Shown in pieces: positions 1-8,476 of a stretch of 64,000 nt of DNA. Where the stretch lies: sequence record NC_070966.1. One strand, written 5' to 3'. The stretch's first letter is position 1. Each line of letters starts with the position of its first letter. Both the position numbers and the translations under genes were made by a program. The notes under the pieces were generated by a model, which saw nothing but the letters and a program-made list of their open reading frames with translations, was not told the DNA's origin and did not search any database.

Positions 1-213
1 GCTGTCATATCAACGATTATCTCTAATGAATCTAACAATTCTAGTTCGACTCATTCAGATCATTCAAGTAACTCCTCATCTTCTCATTCGAGCAGCTGGT
101 CCTCATCTCACTCGGATAGTTCATCTTCTCACTCATCGTCTTATGACTCAGGATCGTCCAGCTCATACGACTCTGGTAGTAGCACGTCAGACTCTGGTGG
201 AGGAGGATGGTAG
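1..213 (+). CDS. 3' end of Ser-rich low-complexity protein (partial, runs off window start)
   Basis: Frame +1 is open from base 1 to TAG 211-213: AVISTIISNESNNSSSTHSDHSS...SSYDSGSSTSDSGGGGW*. Not in the ORF track. Confidence 0.85.
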   Translation, partial: AVISTIISNESNNSSSTHSDHSSNSSSSHSSSWSSSHSDSSSSHSSSYDSGSSSSYDSGSSTSDSGGGGW

Positions 214-231
214 GCGAATTTATTTTAACGA

Positions 232-265
232 ATAGGTTCACTTGAGGTCGTTAAGGGATTCTTCT
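232..265 (+). promoter_or_regulatory. Motif class B copy 1: ATAGGTTCACTT-N9-AAGGGATTCTTCT
   Basis: The same two blocks with the same 9-nt spacer occur at 45295-45328. Both copies are intergenic. Confidence 0.6.
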
Positions 266-305
266 CTGAAGGGTCGGGTGGTCCGGTCCTCCTAGGAGAA
301 TTAAA

Positions 306-437
306 ATGAAACTCGCTGCTCTTGTTCTGTTTTCAGTTGGTCTCGGTTGGTATGCACTTGGTACGTCTCAGTTGGACGCCATTCATAAGTGCCAGCTCAA
401 ATTCTCTGAGTCGACGTGCATTAATCAATACCGTTAA
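306..437 (+). CDS. Small exported/membrane peptide (43 aa)
   Basis: AGGAG RBS at 294-298. MKLAALVLFSVGLGWYALG is a hydrophobic N-terminus, followed by two Cys. Below the track length cutoff. Confidence 0.7.
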   Translation: MKLAALVLFSVGLGWYALGTSQLDAIHKCQLKFSESTCINQYR

Positions 438-467
438 GTTCACTCCATCTAAAAGAGGGGAATCAAG

Positions 468-671
468 ATGGTAGCGTTCGGTGTATCGAAAGATCCTGCT
501 GTACGTAAAGGATTTGAAGTACTAGCTCAACAAGCTGGTATCGATGCTGCGAAAGACAATGAGCAGAGAGTAGTACCTGATCCATGGGTTAATTTCTCGG
601 ATCAGTGGAGATCTGGTTATGACTCCTTTGTGAAGGGAGATGTGAACTACGACTTCCTTCGACGTAACTAA
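468..671 (+). CDS. Hypothetical protein
   Basis: ORF with GAGGGG RBS, co-oriented. Confidence 0.75.
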   Translation: MVAFGVSKDPAVRKGFEVLAQQAGIDAAKDNEQRVVPDPWVNFSDQWRSGYDSFVKGDVNYDFLRRN

Positions 672-685
672 TAAATCGTGAATTG

Positions 686-728
686 TCTGGGATACTTGCT
701 TAGGTAGGTATCCCAGATTACTTGTTTC
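686..728 (+). terminator. Putative intrinsic terminator
   Basis: TCTGGGATAC/GTATCCCAGA stem followed by a T-rich tract. Confidence 0.55.
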
Positions 729-806
729 TAGACTAACTCTGACGATCGTATGATCCGATGAGGGATGCATTATTATTACACGAACCCCTCCCTTGGAGAT
801 TTATTG

Positions 807-1091
807 ATGACTAAGACATATGAGACTCGAGAGATTAGTCCAGGTGAACCATTTCAGGTAGACAAGGCTAAATTCACATTCTACAAGGAATCAGGTAAGT
901 ACTACACGGAGGGTGAGGGTATTGCTCCATTATACGCTCACTACGACAATTCTCGTGAAGCATTGATCAAGATAAATGGAGGTAAGATGCCAGGTCTCAG
1001 TGGTCCAGGAAATGACTTCCATCTTGTAATCTATCCTCTCAATGACGAGAGTGATATCGTCCCACGTTTACTATTAAAACCAGGAGAGTAG
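807..1091 (+). CDS. Hypothetical protein
   Basis: GGAG RBS at 795-798 favours ATG 807 over 765. Confidence 0.75.
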   Translation: MTKTYETREISPGEPFQVDKAKFTFYKESGKYYTEGEGIAPLYAHYDNSREALIKINGGKMPGLSGPGNDFHLVIYPLNDESDIVPRLLLKPGE

Positions 1092-1092
1092 T

Positions 1093-1389
1093 ATGAGTGA
1101 CGTGCGTCTTCAGGAATTGGATGAGATAGTTGAAGTTTCTCGTCAATCGAGCACTCTGGATATTACATATCCAGTTTCACACATTCTGAGATACTACCAT
1201 GAGGACTCAGATAAGTACGATGTGGATCAGATGCTTGAGATCTTCAACAAGTGGCTTGATAATTATCTGCGTACTCATATAAACTCTGAAATGCACATAC
1301 TCTCGATTGATGCTATCCTCGTGAAATTCTTTGAAGATCACAAGGTTGAATTTCCATCGTACCTCATTTCTAATAAGGATTTAGATTAA
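1093..1389 (+). CDS. Hypothetical protein
   Basis: Tightly packed ORF. Confidence 0.75.
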   Translation: MSDVRLQELDEIVEVSRQSSTLDITYPVSHILRYYHEDSDKYDVDQMLEIFNKWLDNYLRTHINSEMHILSIDAILVKFFEDHKVEFPSYLISNKDLD

Positions 1390-1390
1390 A

Positions 1391-1831
1391 ATGAACTGGT
1401 CAGATCTTACAATCGCATTTCAGTACGTCGTCAGCAACGTACCAGAGCCCTCAGGTAAATCTAGCGATGGGATCCTGAAAGTTGAGTTCAGTAATGATAA
1501 TCTATGGGATCGAGAATTTTACAAGAAACCTGCAGTATCTGTCGAACTCGGATCCTATCAGATAGGTACCTGGAATAGACATACAGTGATTGGACCATTC
1601 GAGTCTGAAGAAGATGCTATGGAAGGTACTCGTAAGAAGATTCTCGAAGCATTTGATATTGTTAATCAAGAGATCTTTGAACATCTTCGACCTGAGTATT
1701 ATTGTCTTGACGATGATCAGATTCCTCGATGGAATAATGAGATTAGTAGATTCTCAGATTTAGAGAAATCTAAGATGATGAATCTTGAGAACGAATTTCT
1801 CTCTGTATTAAGCGATCGGAAGGCTCTGTAG
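1391..1831 (+). CDS. Hypothetical protein
   Basis: Tightly packed ORF. Confidence 0.8.
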   Translation: MNWSDLTIAFQYVVSNVPEPSGKSSDGILKVEFSNDNLWDREFYKKPAVSVELGSYQIGTWNRHTVIGPFESEEDAMEGTRKKILEAFDIVNQEIFEHLRPEYYCLDDDQIPRWNNEISRFSDLEKSKMMNLENEFLSVLSDRKAL

Positions 1832-1838
1832 CCTTCCT
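1812..1838 (+). promoter_or_regulatory. Motif class A (near-match GCGAT-N13-AGCCTTCCT)
   Basis: One mismatch to consensus. Overlaps the hairpin GGAAGGCT-CTGT-AGCCTTCC. Confidence 0.55.
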
Positions 1839-1840
1839 CT

Positions 1841-2143
1841 TTGAATAAGAATAATATAGAGATTATTATGAGTACTATTATATCTAATCAGATGATCTGG
1901 GAATGGGCAGACGAGGACCAGTGGCTACTTTACTATAATCCTACTGATGGAACTCCTAAGATTATGATCGGAGAGATATACTGGTCTATCTCAGGATCAA
2001 TTAGATGGATTAATAAATTGACAGATTGGAGAGATACATCTTCAACTACGATCGAACAAGGTCGTGATAATCTTATGACTAGTTGTCTCGAAGAACTTAA
2101 CAGACTCAATAAATCACATCAGAGGATAACGTATGCCAACTGA
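1841..2143 (+). CDS. Hypothetical protein (start may be ATG 1868)
   Basis: ORF overlapping the next gene. Confidence 0.7.
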   Translation: MNKNNIEIIMSTIISNQMIWEWADEDQWLLYYNPTDGTPKIMIGEIYWSISGSIRWINKLTDWRDTSSTTIEQGRDNLMTSCLEELNRLNKSHQRITYAN

Positions 2144-2561
2144 GATCGTAGATGGTAAAATTGATGGGATTGACATAAATGATCCTCACTTTACTCTAAA
2201 GCATATGTATCGAATTATTCCAGAGAGTGAAGCTAGTCAAGGATACATCGATCGTATGCTTAGTTTCTTCACAGAGCATCCATACATTCCTGAACAAGAT
2301 TCATATACTAAATATGAATTTGCTAATGTTCTGACAAAACATGATCATCGATTTGAGATGACAGGATATCATTTCAATCCTGATGAAGAGTTTAGCAACC
2401 TGACTGTCGAGGATGACGAGAAGGCTATCCTAAAACCTTATGCACTGATGCTAGCATGCCTACAAGGTAATGCATTCCCTGACCTCATCGAACAATACAT
2501 GAAGGATGCTAAATACATGCTCATGTCTAACGGTTGGTGGGATAAAGTACGTCAGGCATAA
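2133..2561 (+). CDS. Hypothetical protein
   Basis: ORF with GAGGA RBS. Confidence 0.8.
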   Translation: MPTEIVDGKIDGIDINDPHFTLKHMYRIIPESEASQGYIDRMLSFFTEHPYIPEQDSYTKYEFANVLTKHDHRFEMTGYHFNPDEEFSNLTVEDDEKAILKPYALMLACLQGNAFPDLIEQYMKDAKYMLMSNGWWDKVRQA

Positions 2562-2576
2562 TCTGAAAGGATATGC

Positions 2577-2822
2577 ATGAGTATAGAATACTTTATCAAA
2601 CTAGGGATCAATCTTACATTATCATTATCCTGTATTGGTATGTTGATAATTATGAGGCAGATTCTCCACAAGGAGAGTTTTACTCAGAAAAGATTGATCA
2701 TGCTGTTCACAAGTATACTGATTGTAGTCATTCTGGCCATGATCTGGACTGACTACTCATTTGTCGTCTATCGTTATTTGCATCCAGCTGTTAAATCAGA
2801 CTTGATCCTTAACGGTAATTAA
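2577..2822 (+). CDS. Small membrane protein (2 predicted TM segments)
   Basis: Two hydrophobic stretches. Confidence 0.7.
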   Translation: MSIEYFIKLGINLTLSLSCIGMLIIMRQILHKESFTQKRLIMLFTSILIVVILAMIWTDYSFVVYRYLHPAVKSDLILNGN

Positions 2823-2836
2823 TCACTCTAGAATCG

Positions 2837-2863
2837 GCGAACCTAACGTCGGATAGCCTTCCT
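2837..2863 (+). promoter_or_regulatory. Motif class A GCGAA-N13-AGCCTTCCT (putative phage promoter)
   Basis: Exact consensus, intergenic. Confidence 0.7.
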
Positions 2864-2899
2864 TAATGTCAGACGTTCGATCGTCTTTCAGGTTGCCTT

Positions 2900-2943
2900 A
2901 GCCAGTATCTTAGTCTTCGGATTAGGATACTGGCTCTTTTTCT
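2900..2943 (+). terminator. Intrinsic terminator with cTTCGg loop
   Basis: AGCCAGTATC...TTCG...GATACTGGCT followed by CTTTTT. Confidence 0.8.
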
Positions 2944-2969
2944 GTTTCTACTGAAATTAGTGGTGTGAC

Positions 2970-3155
2970 ATGAGTATTAAAGATCGTGAGATGAAGTCTC
3001 TATGCAATCAACTCAAAACTCTGTTTTGTGGAGGTAAGATAGATGATCTCACTAGATTAATAATTTCGAATGAGCTAGCAATTTTCAATCGGAAGTACAA
3101 GAGTAATCTCACAATGGACATTTCCAATAATGGAATATTGTTCGAGGAACGTTAA
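2970..3155 (+). CDS. Hypothetical protein
   Basis: ORF coupled (TAATG) to the helicase-like gene. Confidence 0.65.
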   Translation: MSIKDREMKSLCNQLKTLFCGGKIDDLTRLIISNELAIFNRKYKSNLTMDISNNGILFEER

Positions 3156-5404
3156 TGTCAATTGTAGTCGTCAATGGTCAGAACTTTGATATCGATACTC
3201 TGGATTTCTCAGAGAAGTCGAAGAGAGATGACTGGCATTCTAATGAAGGTAAGTTCATTAGGCTGCTGAAGCAAGACGTATACCTTACCTCCAAGATCTT
3301 GGAGTATGTCGTAGATAATGTGGACGATCTCATTGTAGGATATAAATCCTCTGACGGTCTTAGTCCATCGTACTTTCGTAAGTCTCTCCTCGTAGAGATT
3401 AATGAGATTCAAAGAAATGGTAAGATCCTAACAGACAATTTTATGAATAGTCTGTTCATCCGTTATAACTCTATCTTTGTTAAGGTTATCAAAGATCTTT
3501 CATCTGCAGTCAGCATTGACGAGAAGGATGAAGACTGGGTATGGACGTATGATAGCGATGGAAAGATCGTCTTTGATTATTCCCACGAAGCCCTCTCCCG
3601 TAGACGTACTCATCTGCAGAATTTCGACCGATCCATCCTTCCATTGGACTATACCAAGCTGGAAGATGTGTTTACCAAGCCTGAATTCACTGCTTTATCC
3701 AATAAACGTGTGGTATGTTGGTCTTGTGGGTCGTATAAGACCACTTTGATCCGTCAATTCATTGTCAAACACTGGCTTGATGGCATCCTTTATGCGTGTT
3801 CTACGATCGAAGAAGTAAACCTTCTGACATATGATATTGCCTGCTTCATTGGAGAAGAGAATGTCTTCAAGTTGCATCACCAGATTGATACTGATATCTA
3901 CGCAGAGTACCATAAGAATCCTGAGTTTCTGAAAGAGAAGAGTGTTGTAGTCACTACGCACTCTCGTCTCATGAAGGATCCACCTTCGATTCTTATTACT
4001 CAGATCGATGATCCACTAGGTGGAGATTCTCGACGTCAGTATGTTCTCATCGATGAGAAACCTCAGTTCTATGATCACATCAGCTTGAACAATGATCAGG
4101 TACAGAATGTGATGAATCTGAGTACAGATCTATCTCCTCGTGAAGCTCAGAAGAAATTTCGAGAAGGTGTGAAGAATGCTTCAGGTATCTTCAAGTCTCT
4201 GAAGCATAACTCTGTTGAGTTGTTGAGTAAATCATCCGTCGATCGATCTGTCAACTTTCTTGACACGAGAGTGAATCCAACTACAGGTGCTGAGTATTTC
4301 GTACCCAACATCAACATGTTGAGAGCTGAGTTCGCAGTTAGTATGATTGTGAAACAGATCAACAAGAAGATCAAGATCGATCCGAACTACGAGATCAAGA
4401 AAGATAAGAATCGTTACTTCTACAATCTAGGTGATCTGGAATTTAAGAACCTAATCATCTTTGATGGTACAGGTGATCTGATTCTCAATGAAAGTCCTGA
4501 CTGGAAGATCATCAAAACTCCTGAGACTAGTTTTAATTTCAAAGGTAGTTTTAATGAGATTGAAAGTGATATTCGTAGAAGACTCGTAGGTAATGATCTC
4601 GAGCACTCCTCACAAGAATTCGATAAGATTATTCAATATCTTATTGGATTGACTGAGAAGCATGAGAAGATCTTCGTAGTCTCTTGGAAGGACATGAAAG
4701 GTAATGAAGATGATATGCCTAAGACAGGTGCTATCATTGACAATAATGTTCTTGCTAAGTTGACTGATCAGAGGATTGTCCAAGCGACTGACGATCTGAA
4801 TGCATACATTAAATTCAGGATTCCTCTAGAGCTTAGACATAAATTCGAGTTTACATACTACTTGTCAGGTAAAACTCGAGGTACGAATCGTTATGTTGAT
4901 TGTGATGCAGTTGTATTGTTAGGTAGTTTCTATATTCCTAATCATGCTATTGCTATGATGAATGAACAGAATAATGCGAAGATGACTAACGATATGCATT
5001 CAATGGCTGAAATCGTTCAAGCTATCTATCGTACGAGAGCTCGTAAGCTCAAACCTGTTGATGTTTATTATACATCTGATTGGAGTAAGCAACTCATTGT
5101 TGATACAATGAAGTATATTAATGCTCCGATCAGTGATGAATTCACATCAGACATACAGACTAAGATGAGATTGTTCTCAATGCAGTATGGAGTTAATATA
5201 ACTCCGACTACGACTAAGCTAATTAAACTATTAGCATCTAAGTATTCTGATCTAATAGCAGGTGATACATCTGAATATCAAGTTCCACCTGATGAAGATA
5301 GTCGAGAATTTAAGAGAGGTATTCAAAATCTCTTGAATAAAGTTGATGAATTGAGATACGAGGATAAAAAGTATTCGAGATTCTTCAAGGTAATACCCGT
5401 TTAG
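3155..5404 (+). CDS. Divergent SF2 helicase-like protein (origin-binding/UL9-like candidate)
   Basis: Walker A-like CGSYKTT, motif II-like VLIDEKP, FDGTG, motif VI-like QAIYRTRAR. Confidence 0.55.
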   Translation: MSIVVVNGQNFDIDTLDFSEKSKRDDWHSNEGKFIRLLKQDVYLTSKILEYVVDNVDDLIVGYKSSDGLSPSYFRKSLLVEINEIQRNGKILTDNFMNSLFIRYNSIFVKVIKDLSSAVSIDEKDEDWVWTYDSDGKIVFDYSHEALSRRRTHLQNFDRSILPLDYTKLEDVFTKPEFTALSNKRVVCWSCGSYKTTLIRQFIVKHWLDGILYACSTIEEVNLLTYDIACFIGEENVFKLHHQIDTDIYAEYHKNPEFLKEKSVVVTTHSRLMKDPPSILITQIDDPLGGDSRRQYVLIDEKPQFYDHISLNNDQVQNVMNLSTDLSPREAQKKFREGVKNASGIFKSLKHNSVELLSKSSVDRSVNFLDTRVNPTTGAEYFVPNINMLRAEFAVSMIVKQINKKIKIDPNYEIKKDKNRYFYNLGDLEFKNLIIFDGTGDLILNESPDWKIIKTPETSFNFKGSFNEIESDIRRRLVGNDLEHSSQEFDKIIQYLIGLTEKHEKIFVVSWKDMKGNEDDMPKTGAIIDNNVLAKLTDQRIVQATDDLNAYIKFRIPLELRHKFEFTYYLSGKTRGTNRYVDCDAVVLLGSFYIPNHAIAMMNEQNNAKMTNDMHSMAEIVQAIYRTRARKLKPVDVYYTSDWSKQLIVDTMKYINAPISDEFTSDIQTKMRLFSMQYGVNITPTTTKLIKLLASKYSDLIAGDTSEYQVPPDEDSREFKRGIQNLLNKVDELRYEDKKYSRFFKVIPV

Positions 5405-5470
5405 AGTCGAGGCGGCCTAAGGAAGCTCTAATTCCCGTTCTAATCAACCGGGAATTTAGCGTTTCTTAAG

Positions 5471-5520
5471 TAATAATAAGAAGAGCAATATAACCTTCTT
5501 ATTATAATTATAATTATCAT
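5471..5520. repeat. AT-rich island with 11-bp inverted repeat ATAATAAGAAG/CTTCTTATTAT
   Basis: Arms at 5473-5483 and 5495-5505, followed by TAATTA repeats. Confidence 0.75.
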
Positions 5521-5533
5521 AGAAAGAAAGTCA

Positions 5534-5821
5534 ATGAAACTCACGAGGACTGAAGTTTATCAAATCAACGGTAAAGAGACAGCTCATATAGTAGCTAGCA
5601 AGTTTGCTATAGATGGATCACTCTTCAACAAGTTCTATCTTGAAGTTAATGACAAGGTGAGTGCTCCTAGATTGATTAGAGATTATATTGATACTCTACA
5701 ATTGACAATCCCTGATAAGGTTGTCTATATTCTTAGCTTAGAGAAAACTGAAATTAGGACTACAGATTTTCGAAAGAAGAATAATGAGCAAGGTAGGAGA
5801 CCTACTCCAAAATCTGAGTGA
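5534..5821 (+). CDS. Hypothetical protein
   Basis: ORF. Confidence 0.7.
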   Translation: MKLTRTEVYQINGKETAHIVASKFAIDGSLFNKFYLEVNDKVSAPRLIRDYIDTLQLTIPDKVVYILSLEKTEIRTTDFRKKNNEQGRRPTPKSE

Positions 5822-5996
5822 TAAGTATGTAGCAAGTGATGAGCTTAGACAATCTCGTCTAGACATTTGTGCTACTTGTCCATTCAGTATAATGAAGAAA
5901 TTTACAATAGAACTTAATATATGTGACTCCTGTGGATGTGTTATAAGCCAGAAGACTAAGATCAAATCTGCGGAGTGTCCTGAAGGTAAATGGTGA
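5784..5996 (+). CDS. Small Cys-rich zinc-binding phage protein (DUF6171-like)
   Basis: RLDICATCP...CDSCGC...CPEGKW pattern. Confidence 0.7.
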   Translation: MSKVGDLLQNLSDKYVASDELRQSRLDICATCPFSIMKKFTIELNICDSCGCVISQKTKIKSAECPEGKW

Positions 5997-6104
5997 TGAT
6001 CATCAATCGTTCTAAGGACGGAGGATCCACTATCTACTATGGGAGTCTTAGTAGAAGATCAAGTAGAGATCCTACTGATCAAAAGATATTTTACGTGAGT
6101 AATT

Positions 6105-6518
6105 ATGACAAAAGTTGCAGTAGCAGGAGTCATCGTTAAGGATGGCAGACATGTACTCCTAGGCAAGAGAATTGGTGGCATCATTGATGGATACTATGTT
6201 CTACCTGGAGGTAAGCTCGAAGATGAAGAGTCTCTGAAGGAATGTTTAATTAGAGAGACTCTTGAAGAGACTCATCTTGAGTTAAAGAATATATCTACAA
6301 ACATTGCATATCGTGAACCTGACATCAAGGGATTTAGATTCTTGATGATCTACTTTAGAGCAGACGTAGTTGATGCTGATGCTCTAGTTAACAGTGAACC
6401 TGACAAATGTGAAGGGTGGGGATGGTATGATATCCACGATCTACCTTCACCTTGTTGGGATCTTGATCCAATCAAACAATTCTATCCTTCAGCTCTTATC
6501 AAGAAGAAAGCTATCTAA
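6105..6518 (+). CDS. Nudix hydrolase (MutT/NUDT15-like)
   Basis: Nudix box GGKLEDEESLKECLIRETLEETHL and EPDKCEGWGW. Confidence 0.9.
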   Translation: MTKVAVAGVIVKDGRHVLLGKRIGGIIDGYYVLPGGKLEDEESLKECLIRETLEETHLELKNISTNIAYREPDIKGFRFLMIYFRADVVDADALVNSEPDKCEGWGWYDIHDLPSPCWDLDPIKQFYPSALIKKKAI

Positions 6519-6731
6519 ATGAGTGATCTCTACTTTGAATACGCTAAGTCCCAGAACAATAAGACTGTAATGACGATGAAAGAATTCAAAGGTAAGAGAT
6601 ATTTAGATATCCGAGAGAAATTCTTTGATGGCACCAACTGGCATTATACCAAGAAAGGTGTAAGTATTCCACTCGAGGAGATGGAACAGTTGTCGAAGGA
6701 TCTAGAGGAACTTAAGAGAAACTCAGCATGA
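6519..6731 (+). CDS. PC4/YdbC-like ssDNA-binding protein
   Basis: EFKGKRYLDIRE...KKGVSIP. Confidence 0.85.
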   Translation: MSDLYFEYAKSQNNKTVMTMKEFKGKRYLDIREKFFDGTNWHYTKKGVSIPLEEMEQLSKDLEELKRNSA

Positions 6732-6970
6732 ATTATTTTACAGATATAAGCAGTGTCAGAGAAATGTTAGGTAAGCTAGCAGAAGCTCCTGATTCTCAAG
6801 TTGATGTTAAGTTCCGTAAGGAACTATCTCATCTAGCTACACTAGATACTCTAGGATCACAAGATGTTAAGTCAGCGTTAGATATGTGTGTACATTCATC
6901 TCTTGCATCTGACTTCGTAGTCAAAGTTCTAGATATTATCTACAAACAATTGAAGACGTGGAATGAGTGA
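6728..6970 (+). CDS. Hypothetical protein
   Basis: ATGA-coupled ORF. Confidence 0.7.
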   Translation: MNYFTDISSVREMLGKLAEAPDSQVDVKFRKELSHLATLDTLGSQDVKSALDMCVHSSLASDFVVKVLDIIYKQLKTWNE

Positions 6971-7187
6971 AATCACTTTAGGTCAAGCTGATAAAATCCA
7001 ACAGATCTGCAAGGATGTTCAAGTCGAAGGAGCTCACTTTATCTTTAGACTCGCTACTGCTCTTGCAGCAGATGTAGGTTATAGTTTATACCCTGAGTCA
7101 GATTATAACTACGGTGCAGAGTCTGATACGATTCGGAATCTTAGAAGTCTTGCTCAGTCTATGGGTTACAAATTGGAACCTCTTTAA
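6963..7187 (+). CDS. Hypothetical protein
   Basis: Overlapping ORF chain. Confidence 0.7.
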   Translation: MSEITLGQADKIQQICKDVQVEGAHFIFRLATALAADVGYSLYPESDYNYGAESDTIRNLRSLAQSMGYKLEPL

Positions 7188-7567
7188 TGGGTAAGATTAA
7201 TAAATTAGATCGATTCAAAATTGTTGAGTCGATCGCAGGCAAGAAGCCTGAGAGACAATACAAGAACTTCGGTCACTACATTTTGACTACCAGAGGAGAG
7301 TGCCAGAACTGTCATGGCGCAGGTAGAGTAGTGGCTCCAGGGGAGAGACCTGACGTTTATGAGGGACATAAAATGTCAAGGAGAATTAACTGTCCTAAGT
7401 GTGAAGGTACAGGTCGTGCTACTAGTAAAATGCTGACCTCGTACTATGCTAAGACTGTTAGTAATTTTAATACGAGAATGCATAAGTGGAGGGAAGACAG
7501 AGCGAAGATCGAGAAAGCGATTCTATCTCTATCTCGAGAAGATGCGAAAGTCTTAAAGCTGCTATGA
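7187..7567 (+). CDS. DnaJ-type zinc finger protein
   Basis: CQNCHGAG and CPKCEGTG (CxxCxGxG) repeats. Confidence 0.7.
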   Translation: MGKINKLDRFKIVESIAGKKPERQYKNFGHYILTTRGECQNCHGAGRVVAPGERPDVYEGHKMSRRINCPKCEGTGRATSKMLTSYYAKTVSNFNTRMHKWREDRAKIEKAILSLSREDAKVLKLL

Positions 7568-7584
7568 TTTAGCGGAATGTTTCA

Positions 7585-7827
7585 ATGAGTTTTATCAAGA
7601 AAATTGTTAGTTTTCTATTAAAGCTATTCTATCGAGACTACATTTTCCTTAGATATAAGCCTCTGAAGAATATCACTAGTTCAGAAGTATCGAGATGTAT
7701 AGATTTGGTACCTATGACAACAATCGACAATCCTCTTGATGAGGATGTCCGTATCAAGATTAGTCGAGCTCAGTACGATGAGCTTCCCTATGAGATTTCT
7801 AGACACTTTGAGGACTACTATGGTTAA
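7585..7827 (+). CDS. Hypothetical protein
   Basis: ORF. Confidence 0.65.
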   Translation: MSFIKKIVSFLLKLFYRDYIFLRYKPLKNITSSEVSRCIDLVPMTTIDNPLDEDVRIKISRAQYDELPYEISRHFEDYYG

Positions 7828-8182
7828 ATTCGGATCAGAACCATTTCTTGAATGTTCGTCGAAAGGAGATAAGAGATTCAGTGCATTCTACGCTCGAATC
7901 AAGTCTCGTGACAACAAGTCGATTGAAGATATTTATCAGTCTTCTAAGATCTTCGAAGATGGTTCTACTGGATTGTCATGGAAAGAGGCTAAAGGTCGTA
8001 AGTGTGTTAATCAGACTGAGGTCAGGAACCTCTACCGTAGACTCTGGATTGAATATCTAGATGAAAATCCTGACCTCGTCGAATTCCTTAAGAGATTTAA
8101 CGGTTATTCAGATATCTTCGGTCAAGACGGTCATGCATGTCAAGCTGAAGAGATCTATGATTATATGGCTATGAGATCATGA
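7820..8182 (+). CDS. Conserved phage protein, NADAR/YbiA-like candidate
   Basis: LECSSKGDKRFSAFYA and SIEDIYQSSK (resembles the NADAR E..YQA.K motif). GAGGA RBS before ATG 7820. Confidence 0.5.
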   Translation: MVKFGSEPFLECSSKGDKRFSAFYARIKSRDNKSIEDIYQSSKIFEDGSTGLSWKEAKGRKCVNQTEVRNLYRRLWIEYLDENPDLVEFLKRFNGYSDIFGQDGHACQAEEIYDYMAMRS

Positions 8183-8424
8183 CAATAAATAGTAATGTAT
8201 TGCATGCAATTAATGATTTCAAGAACTATATCATTGAACTTGATAATGGTGTACCGTATCGTCGAGCAGTTCAGATAAGAGATCAAGCTAGTATCTGCAA
8301 TGATCTGATGAACTATACGAGTGCCAGTATGTGGGATTCTAATCCTCCTGAGTGGCAGGAATTAGATTCACTAGTGACAATGGTATTTCAAAAGACAAAT
8401 AAATTGATCTACAAGAGCGAATGA
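8179..8424 (+). CDS. Hypothetical protein
   Basis: ATGA-coupled ORF. Confidence 0.7.
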   Translation: MTINSNVLHAINDFKNYIIELDNGVPYRRAVQIRDQASICNDLMNYTSASMWDSNPPEWQELDSLVTMVFQKTNKLIYKSE

Positions 8425-8443
8425 GAGGTCGATTAACCTTCCT
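8417..8443 (+). promoter_or_regulatory. Motif class A GCGAA-N13-AACCTTCCT
   Basis: Exact consensus, upstream of the flavoprotein gene. Confidence 0.7.
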
Positions 8444-8476
8444 CTTTACAACAACGAATCCAGGTATTTTTAGATA

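Noticed and set aside
26-241. Track ORFs 26..235 (+) and 41..241 (-)
   Set aside because: Shadows of the Ser-rich frame +1 gene; no RBS or recognisable content.
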